In this document: positions 25,677-35,215 of the stretch, piece by piece | How positions within the stretch are numbered: the first letter of the stretch is position 1 | Layout of the letters: the number at the start of each line of letters is the position of its first letter | Assembly (NCBI GenBank): GCA_037443845.1 | Contig: JBBINO010000003.1 | Span: 12,489 to 76,488, forward strand | Reading direction: 5' to 3' | Source of the DNA: Acidobacteriota bacterium | Lineage (GTDB): Bacteria > Acidobacteriota > UBA4820 > DSQY01 | DNA: 64,000 bases | Notes under the pieces: generated by a model | Databases searched by the model: none | What the model saw: the letters and a program-made list of their open reading frames with translations, nothing else | Told to the model about the DNA's origin: nothing | Position numbers and translations under genes: made by a program

Positions 25677-26716
25677 CCGCCCGCAGGGCGTTGCTTTGGA
25701 TTCTCAGCCTGGCGCTGGCGGGGGTCTTTCTCTATTTCTTTCTTCGAGACGCCAACCTCGGGCGCGTCCTTCACGACGCCAAGCAGGCGGCGCTGCCTCT
25801 TCTCATGGCCGCGGTGGCTTTCGAGATATTTTCGATAACTCTGAGGGCCTATCGCTGGGGGGTCCTTTTGCGCCCGGCCGCTGGACGCAAGATCAGGATG
25901 GCGCCTCTTCTCAAGGCGACCAACGTGTCGTTCGCGATCACCGGCGTCATGCCCGGGAGGGTCGGCGAAATAGCCAAGCCTCTTCTTCTGGCCAGGTGGG
26001 AAGGGCTGTCGTTCACCGCGCTGGCCGGCTCGGTCGTGCTGGAAAGGGTCCTAGACCTTTTCGCCATCGTCGCGCTTTGGGCACTCTACGTCTTCTTCGG
26101 CGGCCACGACCTGAGCCCGGAGGCCCAACACGTGGCCGGGGACGTCAACAAGGTCTCGTACGTCCTGCTGGCCGTCATGTTCGCGGCGGGCCTCTTCGCC
26201 TGGTGGCTGGCTCCGAGGAGGAAGCTGCTGGAGCGTTGGAGCCGGCGCCACTACGGCCTTGGGCGCCACCCCGTTTTCAACAAGCTGGCGGCTCTCTTTT
26301 TCAGGTTCGCGGAGGGGCTGGATAGCTTCAAGAAGAAGCGGGTCATCCTCTACCTCCTGTTTCTTTCCCTCGTAATCTGGGGGGGCGTCGCGGCGGCGGC
26401 GTGGTGTTTCCTGGAGGCGCTCCACCTCCAACTGCCATGGGAGGCCTCGGTCCTCCTTCTCGTCTTTATATCGCTCGGCGCCGCGGTGCCGACCCCGGGC
26501 GGCATAGGCGGCGTCCACAAAGCCATCGCGTGGGCGCTCACGGCCTTCTACGGCGTGGACGAAGACAACGCCGTGGCGGCCGGCTTCATAGGCCACGCCG
26601 TCCTTTTCTTCCCTTCCATTCTTTGGGGCATCGGCTATGTTCTTCTGGGCCGCGTCCATTGGGGCGAAATAAGGGAAGCCGCCAAGGAAAGCGAAACGAG
26701 CGGGCCCGAAGGTTGA
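25673..26716 (+). CDS. Flippase-like domain membrane protein (UPF0104 / lysylphosphatidylglycerol-synthase TM-region family)
   Basis: Eight or so TM helices. Conserved TPGGIGGVH motif near the C-terminal third, characteristic of the MprF-TM/UPF0104 family. 347 aa. Confidence 0.65.
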   Translation: MTARRALLWILSLALAGVFLYFFLRDANLGRVLHDAKQAALPLLMAAVAFEIFSITLRAYRWGVLLRPAAGRKIRMAPLLKATNVSFAITGVMPGRVGEIAKPLLLARWEGLSFTALAGSVVLERVLDLFAIVALWALYVFFGGHDLSPEAQHVAGDVNKVSYVLLAVMFAAGLFAWWLAPRRKLLERWSRRHYGLGRHPVFNKLAALFFRFAEGLDSFKKKRVILYLLFLSLVIWGGVAAAAWCFLEALHLQLPWEASVLLLVFISLGAAVPTPGGIGGVHKAIAWALTAFYGVDEDNAVAAGFIGHAVLFFPSILWGIGYVLLGRVHWGEIREAAKESETSGPEG

Positions 26717-26759
26717 TTGCGGCCCGGGCCGTGAGATAAACTCAGAGAGGAGGTTCGCC

Positions 26760-27230
26760 GTGCGCTGCCCTTTTTGCGGACATCTCGAAGACAAGGTGGT
26801 TGACTCCCGCGAGGTAGCCTCCGGCGACACCATAAGGCGGCGGAGGGAATGCCTCTCGTGCCACAAGCGGTTCACCTCGTACGAACACATCGAGACCATA
26901 CCCTACAGGGTGGTCAAGAAGGACGGCCGCAGAGAGAAGTTCGATAGGGGCAAGCTGGTCAACGGCGTCCTCAAGGCTTGCGAGAAGAGGCCGGTCTCGA
27001 TGGCGGCGGTCGAGGCGATCGTGGACGAGGTGGAAAGCCTTCTTCACAAGGCGGCCGATGGCGAGATTTCCACCAGCGACATCGGCAACCACGTCATGGA
27101 GCGGCTGAAGGACCTCGACAAGGTGGCCTTCGTCCGCTTCGCCAGCGTTTACCGCCAGTTCGGCGACATCAGCGAATTTCTCGAAGAGGTCAAGAGGCTG
27201 GCCGATCCCCACAGGCAGGGGGGCGGCTGA
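26760..27230 (+). CDS. nrdR: Transcriptional repressor NrdR
   Basis: MRCPFCGHLEDKVVDSR ... CLSCHKRFTSYE zinc ribbon plus ATP-cone. 156 aa. Confidence 0.9.
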   Translation: MRCPFCGHLEDKVVDSREVASGDTIRRRRECLSCHKRFTSYEHIETIPYRVVKKDGRREKFDRGKLVNGVLKACEKRPVSMAAVEAIVDEVESLLHKAADGEISTSDIGNHVMERLKDLDKVAFVRFASVYRQFGDISEFLEEVKRLADPHRQGGG

Positions 27231-27676
27231 TGCGCCAGATACTCTCCTCCTTCGTCGAGCTCATGCGCCTTCAGTCCGAGATGAACAAGCTCTTCGAGGC
27301 GCTTCAGGTGATTCACGAGCACGAGGGCGAGCCTGAAGTGGCGAGCGCTCCGCCGTACGACATTCTGGAGACGAAAGACGAGGTCGTCGTGGAGATGGAC
27401 TTGCCTGGAATCGAGCCATCCACCCTGAAAGTCACGGCGAGAGGCGACGTCGTCAGCGTGCGCGCCGAGCGGCGCAGCACGTCGCGGGAAGGGCTCAAGG
27501 CCTATCACCTGATGGAGAGAGACCGCGGCCCGGTCACTCGCAGGCTGAGGGTCGAGGGCGCCATCAACACGCACAAGGGCGCGGCCCTCTACAGCCTCGG
27601 GGTGCTCACCATCGCGTTCCCGCGCGTGCCGGATCGCCGCGGCTCCGAAGTGGCTCTGCCGGTGAAGGTCTCATAA
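27230..27676 (+). CDS. Hsp20/alpha-crystallin family small heat-shock protein
   Basis: ATG overlaps the nrdR TGA (TGATG). Alpha-crystallin core YDILETKDEVVVEMDLPGI ... LKVT ... VSVRAE ... G.L.I..P. 148 aa. Confidence 0.8.
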   Translation: MRQILSSFVELMRLQSEMNKLFEALQVIHEHEGEPEVASAPPYDILETKDEVVVEMDLPGIEPSTLKVTARGDVVSVRAERRSTSREGLKAYHLMERDRGPVTRRLRVEGAINTHKGAALYSLGVLTIAFPRVPDRRGSEVALPVKVS

Positions 27677-27678
27677 GT

Positions 27679-30027
27679 ATGCGCGGGGATGAGCCGCTTC
27701 CGTTGCCCATCCCGAAGCGACTTCCCGTATGGGAGACCGGCGACCGAGTGGTTTTCCCTTACGCCATCGAGACGCTCTCCATGCCGCTTCCAGGGGCGAA
27801 GCCGCTCCTGGAGCAGAGCCACAAGCACGGGGACCTCGTCGTTCTCCTCCCGTCTCCCGTCAAGCAGCGCCGCCCCAGTTACACGGCCGTCGCCGCGCTG
27901 TTGCTGCGCATGGGGCCGGGCGGCCCGGGAGAAGGGCTCCTGGTGGTGCAGGGAGTGGTTCGCCTTCGCGCCGAGCTGGAAAAGCGCCACGGCGCGGTCC
28001 GGTTCGCCAGCGTCGAGCCTCTCAGGGACCGGCTGGAGCCGGACGCCAAGCTGGCCGCGGCGGCGCTAAGGCGCAGCCTGCTTTCGAGGCTCGACCAGCT
28101 CGCTGAAACTTCGGGCGGACTCGGCTCGGACGTTCGCCAGTTCCTCTCCACGATCGAAGACCCAGGCAGGTTTTCCGACGCGGCCGCGGCCAATCTTTCG
28201 CTCCCGCACTCCTTGGCGCGAGACCTGCTGGAGTGCCGGGACCCGGTGGAAAGGATGAACCGTCTTCTGACGCATCTCTCCGCCGAGGTCGAAATAGCCG
28301 GCATGCAGGAGAAGCTGGCGAGACAGGCGCGCGACGAGATGGACAAGCGCCAGCGGGAGTATTTCCTGAGGCAGCAACTCGAGGCGATTCAGGCCGAGCT
28401 TCAGGGCGGGCAGCCCGAGACGGAGTCGGATTCGTACTACAAGAAAAAGCTAGCCGGCCTGGCGCTCCCGGCCGAGGTCACTACCCCGCTCGAAAAGGAG
28501 ATCGCGAAGCTTTCGCGCTTCGGCCCATTTTCGGAGGAGGCCAGCTCCGTGCGGGCTTACCTCGACCTGGTCCTCGACCTTCCGTGGAACTCGTCCACGA
28601 AGGACATCCTCGACGTGAAGACGGCCCGGCGTGAACTTGACGCCAACCACCACGGCCTCAAGAAAGCAAAGGAGAGGATACTCGAACACATAGCGGTCTC
28701 GGCGATAAAAGGCTCGAACTCCGGGACCATCTTCTGTTTCGCTGGCCCGCCTGGCGTGGGAAAGACGAGCCTCGGCCGGGCGATAGCCCGCGCGCTTGGG
28801 CGCAAGTTCGTCAGAATGTCCCTTGGCGGCGTCCGTGACGAGGCGGAGATACGCGGCCACAGGCGCACCTACATCGGCGCGATGCCAGGAAGGATCATCC
28901 AGGGCATCAAGAATTCCCAGAGCCGCAATCCGGTCTTCGTCCTCGACGAAGTTGACAAAATGGGCGATGACTGGCGCGGCGACCCGTCGTCGGCCTTGCT
29001 CGAAGCGCTTGACCCCGAGCAGAACCGGGAGTTCGTGGACCACTACCTCGGTTTTCCCTTCGACCTGTCTCAGGTAATGTTCGTTGCGACGGCCAACACG
29101 CTCGAAGGCGTCCATCCCGCGCTGGTTGACCGGATGGAGATACTCGAGCTTCCCGGCTACACCGACGAGGAGAAGCTGGCGATAGCCAAGCGCCACCTCC
29201 TGCCGAGGCAGCTTGCCTCCACCGGCCTTCACGACAGGAAGGTCGTTCTGGGCGAAGAGACGATCCTGTTTCTGATCCGCAGGTTCACCCGCGAGGCCGG
29301 GGTCAGAAACCTGGAACGCGCGCTCGAAACGGTGCTGAGAAAGATAGCAAGAAAGGTCGCCGCCGGGGCGAAGGGACCTTTCGAGGTCAATCCTTCGGAC
29401 CTGGAGCGGATGCTGGGGCCCGCCCCGTTTTTTCACGAGGACCGCGTCAGCGAGGACAGGGTGGGGCTCGCGGCCGGCCTTGCCTGGACGGAGGCTGGCG
29501 GCGAGGTGCTCTACGTTGAGGCCGCGGCGCTTGAGGGGAACGGGGCGCTCACCCTCACCGGCCAGTTGGGCGACGTCATGAAGGAATCAATCCAGGCCGC
29601 ATTTACCTACATAAAGGAACGCGCCGCCGGGTATGGCCTCAAGCCCAAGGAACTCGCCAAGAAGGACATCCACGTCCACCTGCCGCAGGGGGCGATACCT
29701 AAGGACGGCCCCTCCGCGGGCATAACCATGGCGGTGGCTCTTCTTTCGGCCCTGTCCGGCAAGCCGGTGGTCCACACGACGGCATTCACCGGGGAGATCA
29801 CGCTCAGGGGGGACGTGTTGATGGTCGGCGGACTTCGGGAGAAGCTCCTGGCCGCGTGCCGGGCGCGGTTCAAGAGGGTCGTCCTGCCGGAGGCGAACCG
29901 CCACGAACAGCGCGACTTCCCAAAGGCCGCCATCGAGCAACTCAAACTGGTCTACGTAAAAACCATGGATGAGGTATTCCGCGAGGCGATGCGGCCCGCC
30001 GCGCCGGCTTCGAGGCCCAAGAGATAA
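27679..30027 (+). CDS. lon: ATP-dependent protease Lon
   Basis: Lon N-domain (LPVWETGDRVVFPY). AAA+ Walker A GPPGVGKTS, Walker B VFVLDEVDK. Proteolytic domain with PKDGPSAGITMAVALLSALSG (catalytic Ser) and the downstream Lys. 782 aa. Confidence 0.9.
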   Translation: MRGDEPLPLPIPKRLPVWETGDRVVFPYAIETLSMPLPGAKPLLEQSHKHGDLVVLLPSPVKQRRPSYTAVAALLLRMGPGGPGEGLLVVQGVVRLRAELEKRHGAVRFASVEPLRDRLEPDAKLAAAALRRSLLSRLDQLAETSGGLGSDVRQFLSTIEDPGRFSDAAAANLSLPHSLARDLLECRDPVERMNRLLTHLSAEVEIAGMQEKLARQARDEMDKRQREYFLRQQLEAIQAELQGGQPETESDSYYKKKLAGLALPAEVTTPLEKEIAKLSRFGPFSEEASSVRAYLDLVLDLPWNSSTKDILDVKTARRELDANHHGLKKAKERILEHIAVSAIKGSNSGTIFCFAGPPGVGKTSLGRAIARALGRKFVRMSLGGVRDEAEIRGHRRTYIGAMPGRIIQGIKNSQSRNPVFVLDEVDKMGDDWRGDPSSALLEALDPEQNREFVDHYLGFPFDLSQVMFVATANTLEGVHPALVDRMEILELPGYTDEEKLAIAKRHLLPRQLASTGLHDRKVVLGEETILFLIRRFTREAGVRNLERALETVLRKIARKVAAGAKGPFEVNPSDLERMLGPAPFFHEDRVSEDRVGLAAGLAWTEAGGEVLYVEAAALEGNGALTLTGQLGDVMKESIQAAFTYIKERAAGYGLKPKELAKKDIHVHLPQGAIPKDGPSAGITMAVALLSALSGKPVVHTTAFTGEITLRGDVLMVGGLREKLLAACRARFKRVVLPEANRHEQRDFPKAAIEQLKLVYVKTMDEVFREAMRPAAPASRPKR

Positions 30028-30148
30028 GGCATTCACCGGCGCGCGGCAGAAAAGGCCGAGGCTCGGCAACGGAATCGCAGCCACCCGATCCCGTCTCGCG
30101 GTGTTTTGCTATAATTCGGTTCGGCCAGTTTGGCATGGAGGGCAAGGC

Positions 30149-33100
30149 GTGGAGTTTCGTCTTTGCGCAAGTTGCCGGCGGATCGAGGGCGCTGGGAGCC
30201 TCTGCCCCTCGTGCGGAGGACGCCTGGAGCTGGCCGAGCCGCGCGCTTTCGTGGGCCAGGCGTTCGGCAAGTACTCGCTGGAGTGCGTGCTCGGCGCTGG
30301 CGGCATGGGGGTCGTCTTCGGCGCGCGCCACGCGACCCTTGGGCGGCTCGTCGCCTTGAAAATGATCCTTCCCGGCGCGTCCGGCGAGGCCTTTCAGAAG
30401 CGGTTTCTTCAAGAGGCGAGGGTCCTCGCCGAGCTCAAGCACCCCAACATAGTCGAGGTCTATGACTTTGACGTGAGCGATTGGGGGCCGCCCTTCATGG
30501 TGATGGAGTTCCTGGAGGGAAGGAGCCTCAGGGAGATTCTTGACCGGTGCAAGCCGCCTCTGCCCCTTTCAGGCTATGCTTCGCTGGTGTCCGAAGCCGG
30601 CGCGGCGCTCGCGTACGCTCACAAGCGCGGGGTCGTTCACAGGGACTTGAAGCCCGAGAACATCTTCGTCGCGGTTTATGACGGCGTGCCGGTCTGCAAG
30701 GTGCTCGACTTCGGCCTGGCCAAGTTCTTGCGCGCCTCCAATCCGGATGACCGCCTGACTGCCACGGGCGCGGTGATGGGAACTCCGCACTACCTCGCGC
30801 CGGAGCAAATCCTCTGCCGCCCCGTTTCGCCGCAAAGCGACCAGTACGCACTGGCGCTCGTCGTGGCGGAGCTCGCCGCCGGTAAGGCGGTCCGCGCGGG
30901 GAAATCATTCAGCGAAATTTGCGCGACGGAGGTCAGCCGCCCGCTCAGGGACGACTGGGCGCCTGAACTGCTTCCTGGCGGGCCGCTGCGGGACGCGCTC
31001 CGCAAGGCCACCGACCCGGACCCTTCGCGCCGCTTTCAGGACGTCTCTGCCTTCGTCGCGGCGCTCGGCCTGTCGCGATCAAGCGGGGCGCTTGAGAAGC
31101 TGGCTTCGGCGGCACGATGTGAATCATCCGTTCCGACGATGGATTTGACGCCGCCACCAGCGCTCGTCTCGCCCCCGCCTCGTTCATCGCCGAAGCCCGT
31201 GACTCGGCCGGCGGCGCCTCCGCCGCTTTCAGGAGCGCCCGGCGGCCAAGCCGGCGAGCACGCGGCGCCAAGAAGGGCATGGGCGGCGGCGGCGCTAGTG
31301 GCCCTTCTTGGCGTAGCCGCCGCGCTCGTGCTTCTTAAGTGGCCGCCCCAGTGGCGATTCGGCAAAGAACGGACACCCGCCCCATACGCGCTTTTGGAAA
31401 AGATCGCCTCGGTCCCGGTGCCTGCCGACGCCACCAACATCATCACCCGGAGCCAGGACAAGAAGGTCAGCATAGTCGGCGCTCCAGACGGGGTCTATCT
31501 CGTCAGCGAAGAAGGCGATCCTCCGGCTAGGATACCGCTTGGCGAAAACGAGGAGGTAATAGCCGGAGGCGAGGACGGGGTCGCGCTGCTTCGAGTGAAT
31601 GACACGATCGTCCTGCGGAGTTTCCTCAAGGATGACGATCATTTGATCGCAAAGGGCATACCTAAGGGCGGCTCCTACTGGATCTCGCCCAGGTGGGATT
31701 TCCTGGCCGCCGGAAACAGCGGCTCGGTGGAGATTTGCAGGATCGAAGGGCAGGCATGCAAGGCGTGCGGCAAGATATCCGTTTCAAAAGAAAGCCCGCG
31801 CTGGATCCTGCTCGGCGAGCGCCACGCCGCCGAAAGCTCTGGCGACGAGATTTCCGTCTATTCCCTGCCGGAGTGCAGGCTGTTGTGGAAAAAGAAGATG
31901 GAGTCCGGGCTGAGCGCGGGAGCTATCTACGAGCCGGGAGGACTGCTTGCCGCCGGAGGCTGGACCAGCAAGGTCTATATCCTCGACCTTAACACCGGCG
32001 CTCAGCGGGCGCTCTTTTCCAGGGAGGGCCACACAAACGGCCTCTCCTTCCTCCCAGGCGGGGAGCGGCTGGCCGTGGCTGGAGAAGGCGGCCTGCTCCT
32101 TCTCCCCCTCGATGGCAAAAGCAAGGAAGCGGCATTCGGAGGGGCGGAAGATTCCCTGCAAGAGGTGGATTTCAAGGGCGGAGTGTTGGCCGCGCTGGAC
32201 GAGGACCATCACAGGCTGGACCTTCTTGGCTACCACGGCATGCCGGAGCTTAGCTCTATCGCCGTTGGCAAGCGGGAACTCTGGGCCATGGCGGCCGATC
32301 CCATGGGGCGGTGGATCTACGCGGGAGGCCCCGAAGGCTCCGTAAACAGAATTTCGCCCAAAGAGGGAAAGGCCGAGTCATTCCCCTTGCACACGCAAGG
32401 CGTCACTGGGATCGTCGCCTCGCAAAACCACGTCGCATCTTCTTCCGACGACCGCACGATCGCCGTTTGGGCGGTGCCCCGGATGAACGTCCTTTGGCGC
32501 AGCAAGGCGCATGACTACCTTATCAACGGGCTCTGCCTGAGCAAGGCGCCCATGCTCTGGTCCTCGTCATCGGATGGCGATATTAAGGCGTGGAACTGGC
32601 CACAGCTCGACGAAAAGGAAGAAATCTCGACGACGAAGCTCTTTGGAAAACCGATTCCTCTGGCCGCGATTTGGGCCTCATCTGACGGGAAGCGGGTGCT
32701 TTGCGGCACATGGACGGGCAAGCTCCTCGACCTCGCGAAGGGCGATGGGCCGGATTGGAGGGCGAAGCTCTGGGACACTGAGAGCCAATGCCTCTACAGC
32801 GCGGCGGAGGTTCCTGGCGTGGACGCCGTGGTGTTCGGCCTTTTGGGAGGGCGGCCCGGCGTTTTTGTTTACGACCTGAGGGAGGGGCGCTTCTTCGAGG
32901 CGGAGGCCCTCGGGGCCGAGCTTGGGAACGCCTACGTCACCTCGGCGGGCAAGGACGGGGAGGTCTGCGTGGCTGGTTCGGGGGTTCTTCTCTTGTATCG
33001 CTTCGACAGGGATCCCGGCGGTCGCCTGAGGTACTCGGTGTGCTGTAAAGCGGATTCGGCGCTTCGCTCCGTTGGGTCGGCCACCGTCCTGCCGGATGCT

Positions 33101-33193
33101 GGCGTGGTGGCCGCCGGAAGCGTTGGCAGAATTTTTCTCTATCCCCTGGCCTCCCTTCGCCTTGTCCCTCCGGAACGGCGAATGGCTCCATGA
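30149..33193 (+). CDS. Transmembrane Ser/Thr protein kinase with N-terminal zinc ribbon and large C-terminal extracytoplasmic beta-propeller (WD40/PQQ-like) domain
   Basis: Zn ribbon CASCRRIEGAGSLCPSCGG. Hanks kinase motifs LGAGGMGVVF, VALK, HRDLKPEN, DFG, APE. Pro-rich linker, TM helix AAAALVALLGVAAALVLL, then about 560 aa of repeated beta-strand blocks. Start set at GTG 30149, with GGAGGG 6 nt upstream, because the longest ORF (29969) overlaps lon. Confidence 0.75.
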   Translation: MEFRLCASCRRIEGAGSLCPSCGGRLELAEPRAFVGQAFGKYSLECVLGAGGMGVVFGARHATLGRLVALKMILPGASGEAFQKRFLQEARVLAELKHPNIVEVYDFDVSDWGPPFMVMEFLEGRSLREILDRCKPPLPLSGYASLVSEAGAALAYAHKRGVVHRDLKPENIFVAVYDGVPVCKVLDFGLAKFLRASNPDDRLTATGAVMGTPHYLAPEQILCRPVSPQSDQYALALVVAELAAGKAVRAGKSFSEICATEVSRPLRDDWAPELLPGGPLRDALRKATDPDPSRRFQDVSAFVAALGLSRSSGALEKLASAARCESSVPTMDLTPPPALVSPPPRSSPKPVTRPAAPPPLSGAPGGQAGEHAAPRRAWAAAALVALLGVAAALVLLKWPPQWRFGKERTPAPYALLEKIASVPVPADATNIITRSQDKKVSIVGAPDGVYLVSEEGDPPARIPLGENEEVIAGGEDGVALLRVNDTIVLRSFLKDDDHLIAKGIPKGGSYWISPRWDFLAAGNSGSVEICRIEGQACKACGKISVSKESPRWILLGERHAAESSGDEISVYSLPECRLLWKKKMESGLSAGAIYEPGGLLAAGGWTSKVYILDLNTGAQRALFSREGHTNGLSFLPGGERLAVAGEGGLLLLPLDGKSKEAAFGGAEDSLQEVDFKGGVLAALDEDHHRLDLLGYHGMPELSSIAVGKRELWAMAADPMGRWIYAGGPEGSVNRISPKEGKAESFPLHTQGVTGIVASQNHVASSSDDRTIAVWAVPRMNVLWRSKAHDYLINGLCLSKAPMLWSSSSDGDIKAWNWPQLDEKEEISTTKLFGKPIPLAAIWASSDGKRVLCGTWTGKLLDLAKGDGPDWRAKLWDTESQCLYSAAEVPGVDAVVFGLLGGRPGVFVYDLREGRFFEAEALGAELGNAYVTSAGKDGEVCVAGSGVLLLYRFDRDPGGRLRYSVCCKADSALRSVGSATVLPDAGVVAAGSVGRIFLYPLASLRLVPPERRMAP

Positions 33194-33195
33194 TT

Positions 33196-33214
33196 GCGCT
33201 TTGGCTCAAAGCGC
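33196..33214. terminator. Perfect 8-bp hairpin shared by the 3' ends of the convergent kinase and rsmB genes, possibly a bidirectional terminator
   Basis: GCGCTTTG-gct-CAAAGCGC, an 8-bp perfect stem with 3-nt loop, placed exactly between the two stop codons (33191-33193 and 33206-33208). No U-tract on either side. Confidence 0.3.
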
Positions 33215-35215
33215 GTCTCTCCTGAACAGCGCGGCGAAGAAGCCGTCCCACCTGCGGCGGTGGGGCATGCAGAATGCGCGGCCGTCGCCAGCGTTTTCGA
33301 GCAGCGGCGCCAGAAAATCGGGCGCCGAAAGTGCCTCGGCTTTGAAATCTGGGTGCGCGCGAAGGAACAGCTCGGCGACTTGCGTCGTCTCCTCCTCCTC
33401 GATCGAGCAGACCGAATAGAGGAGATGCCCGGAAGGCGCGACCGCTTCGGCCGCGCGTTCTAGGAACTTGATCTGCCTCTTTTGAAGGGCGCCGAACTCC
33501 TCCGGCCTTATCTGCCAGCGGATTTCCGGGTTCCGGCGGATCGTCCCCAGCGATGAGCACGGAGCGTCGAGCAGCACCGAGGGAAAAGAGCTGGAGAATG
33601 GAAGCGGCTGCTCGGCGTTCAGTTGCACCAGCGTGACGTTGGCAAGGCCGAGCCTCGCGGTGTTTTGCCTGATCTGTCTGAGCCTTCGGACGTTGACGTC
33701 GCACGCGAAGACGCGCCCGCCGCCTTTGGCCCGCGCCGAAAGGATTACCGTCTTCGTCCCGGGAGCGGCGCAAAGGTCCAGGACGTTCCCCTCGCGCTTC
33801 ACGGGAAGCAGGAGGGCCGGCACGAGCGAGGCCGGGTCGCAGATGTAAAAGAGACCGCGCCTGAAGGCTTCGGACGAGGAAGGGTTGCCGCCTTCGGCGG
33901 CGCGAACCAGATCGAAATGGGGGTCGGGGCTCAGCGAGAACCCTTCCTTTGAAAGCATCCGCTCGCCTTCCTCGGCCGCGGACGCGGAGACGAAGACGAT
34001 GGTCGTCGCCGGAGGCTCCTGAAGCGCCTGCATCAGCGCTTCAGCCTCGCCAGCCTTGAACCTGCGTTCGTAGCGGCTCGCCATCCATGGCGCCATACCG
34101 AATCTCATCGCCGTCCCGTCGCCGCCGCTGAAGCTGTATGGCGCTTCGAGCAGGGAGACCTTGTTTTCGGCTACGCTCCTGAGGATGCCGTTTACGAAAC
34201 CGGCCGCCTGGGGCCCGGCGGCCTTCGCCGCCTCGACGCACTGGTCAACAGCGGCGTAGGCTGGGACGCGCTCCAGAAACAATATCTGGTAAACTCCGAC
34301 GCGAAGAAGCGATATTATCTCCGGCTGGATGTTTTCTAGCCCCCGCTTGGCAGCCTCGTCTATGCACCAGTCTATATGGGGAAGGCGCCGCAGCACTCCA
34401 GCGGCCATTTCCCTGAGAAGCGCGCGGTCGGCCTCGAAGGCGAGCTTCTCCTGCTCGGTCTGCAGTAGCGTTTTCAACGGCTGCCTCTTCTCCAGAACGA
34501 CTTGGAGAACCTTGGCCGCCAGCGCTCTAAGATTCTTGGCCGCGCCTACCTCTCTTGGCGCTGGCTTCGGCTTGAAGGCGGAATTAAGGCCGGCGCGCCC
34601 AGGCGCCTTGGCAGGTGTCGCCGCTCTTGAAAGGCCGGGCTTGAAAACGCCCTTGGCTTTTTCGTAAGGCCCGGCTGGCTGACGAGCTTGTCTGGCCTTG
34701 TAGCCGGCCACCTTCGGGCCGGGGCCTGGTTTCCGCGCGGATGCCCCGTGGCCCTGCTTCCGAGCGAAGGAGTTGTCCTGCCTTGGCCTCTCCTTCGTTC
34801 CCGCCGTGGCCCGCTCTTCCCGCCTTGGCGCTTTGGCGGCCGGCCTTTCGCCGTGCGGCTTTCGGCGCACCTGAGCTTCTCGGAGCGGCCTTTCGTCATG
34901 CTTCGGCTTTAAGACGGGAGCCTCCGCGGCCGGCGGCAGGCCGGCCTCGTACTCCTGCGTGCTCAAATAGACGAGCCTTGAATCACGGCGAGAATCGCTC
35001 CGCTTTTTCGGCTTGCTCCAAAGGCGATCGCCGGGCCTCAGCGGCGAGCTCGGCTTGCGCTCCGGTTTCGGCGCCTCCTCGGGCTCGCTTTTCTTCGGCC
35101 TCGGCAGCGGCTTGGAGGCACGGATCACTTTGGCCTGTGGGCGCTCCGCCTTCTTGTCGCCGTTTTGGCCTAAATCTTCTTCAGAGCCGGGAACCCGGCG
35201 GGATGTTGAATCCAC
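33206..35215 (-). CDS. rsmB: 16S rRNA (cytosine967-C5)-methyltransferase RsmB/Sun with an about 230-aa Lys/Arg/Pro-rich N-terminal extension
   Basis: NusB-like domain plus SAM-dependent MTase motifs (DLCAAPGTKT, DAPCSSLGTIRRNPE, PSGHLLYSVCSI). Low-complexity basic N-terminus. Overlaps the fmt stop by 35 nt if the longest start is used. Confidence 0.8.
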   Translation of the reverse strand: MDSTSRRVPGSEEDLGQNGDKKAERPQAKVIRASKPLPRPKKSEPEEAPKPERKPSSPLRPGDRLWSKPKKRSDSRRDSRLVYLSTQEYEAGLPPAAEAPVLKPKHDERPLREAQVRRKPHGERPAAKAPRREERATAGTKERPRQDNSFARKQGHGASARKPGPGPKVAGYKARQARQPAGPYEKAKGVFKPGLSRAATPAKAPGRAGLNSAFKPKPAPREVGAAKNLRALAAKVLQVVLEKRQPLKTLLQTEQEKLAFEADRALLREMAAGVLRRLPHIDWCIDEAAKRGLENIQPEIISLLRVGVYQILFLERVPAYAAVDQCVEAAKAAGPQAAGFVNGILRSVAENKVSLLEAPYSFSGGDGTAMRFGMAPWMASRYERRFKAGEAEALMQALQEPPATTIVFVSASAAEEGERMLSKEGFSLSPDPHFDLVRAAEGGNPSSSEAFRRGLFYICDPASLVPALLLPVKREGNVLDLCAAPGTKTVILSARAKGGGRVFACDVNVRRLRQIRQNTARLGLANVTLVQLNAEQPLPFSSSFPSVLLDAPCSSLGTIRRNPEIRWQIRPEEFGALQKRQIKFLERAAEAVAPSGHLLYSVCSIEEEETTQVAELFLRAHPDFKAEALSAPDFLAPLLENAGDGRAFCMPHRRRWDGFFAALFRRDAL

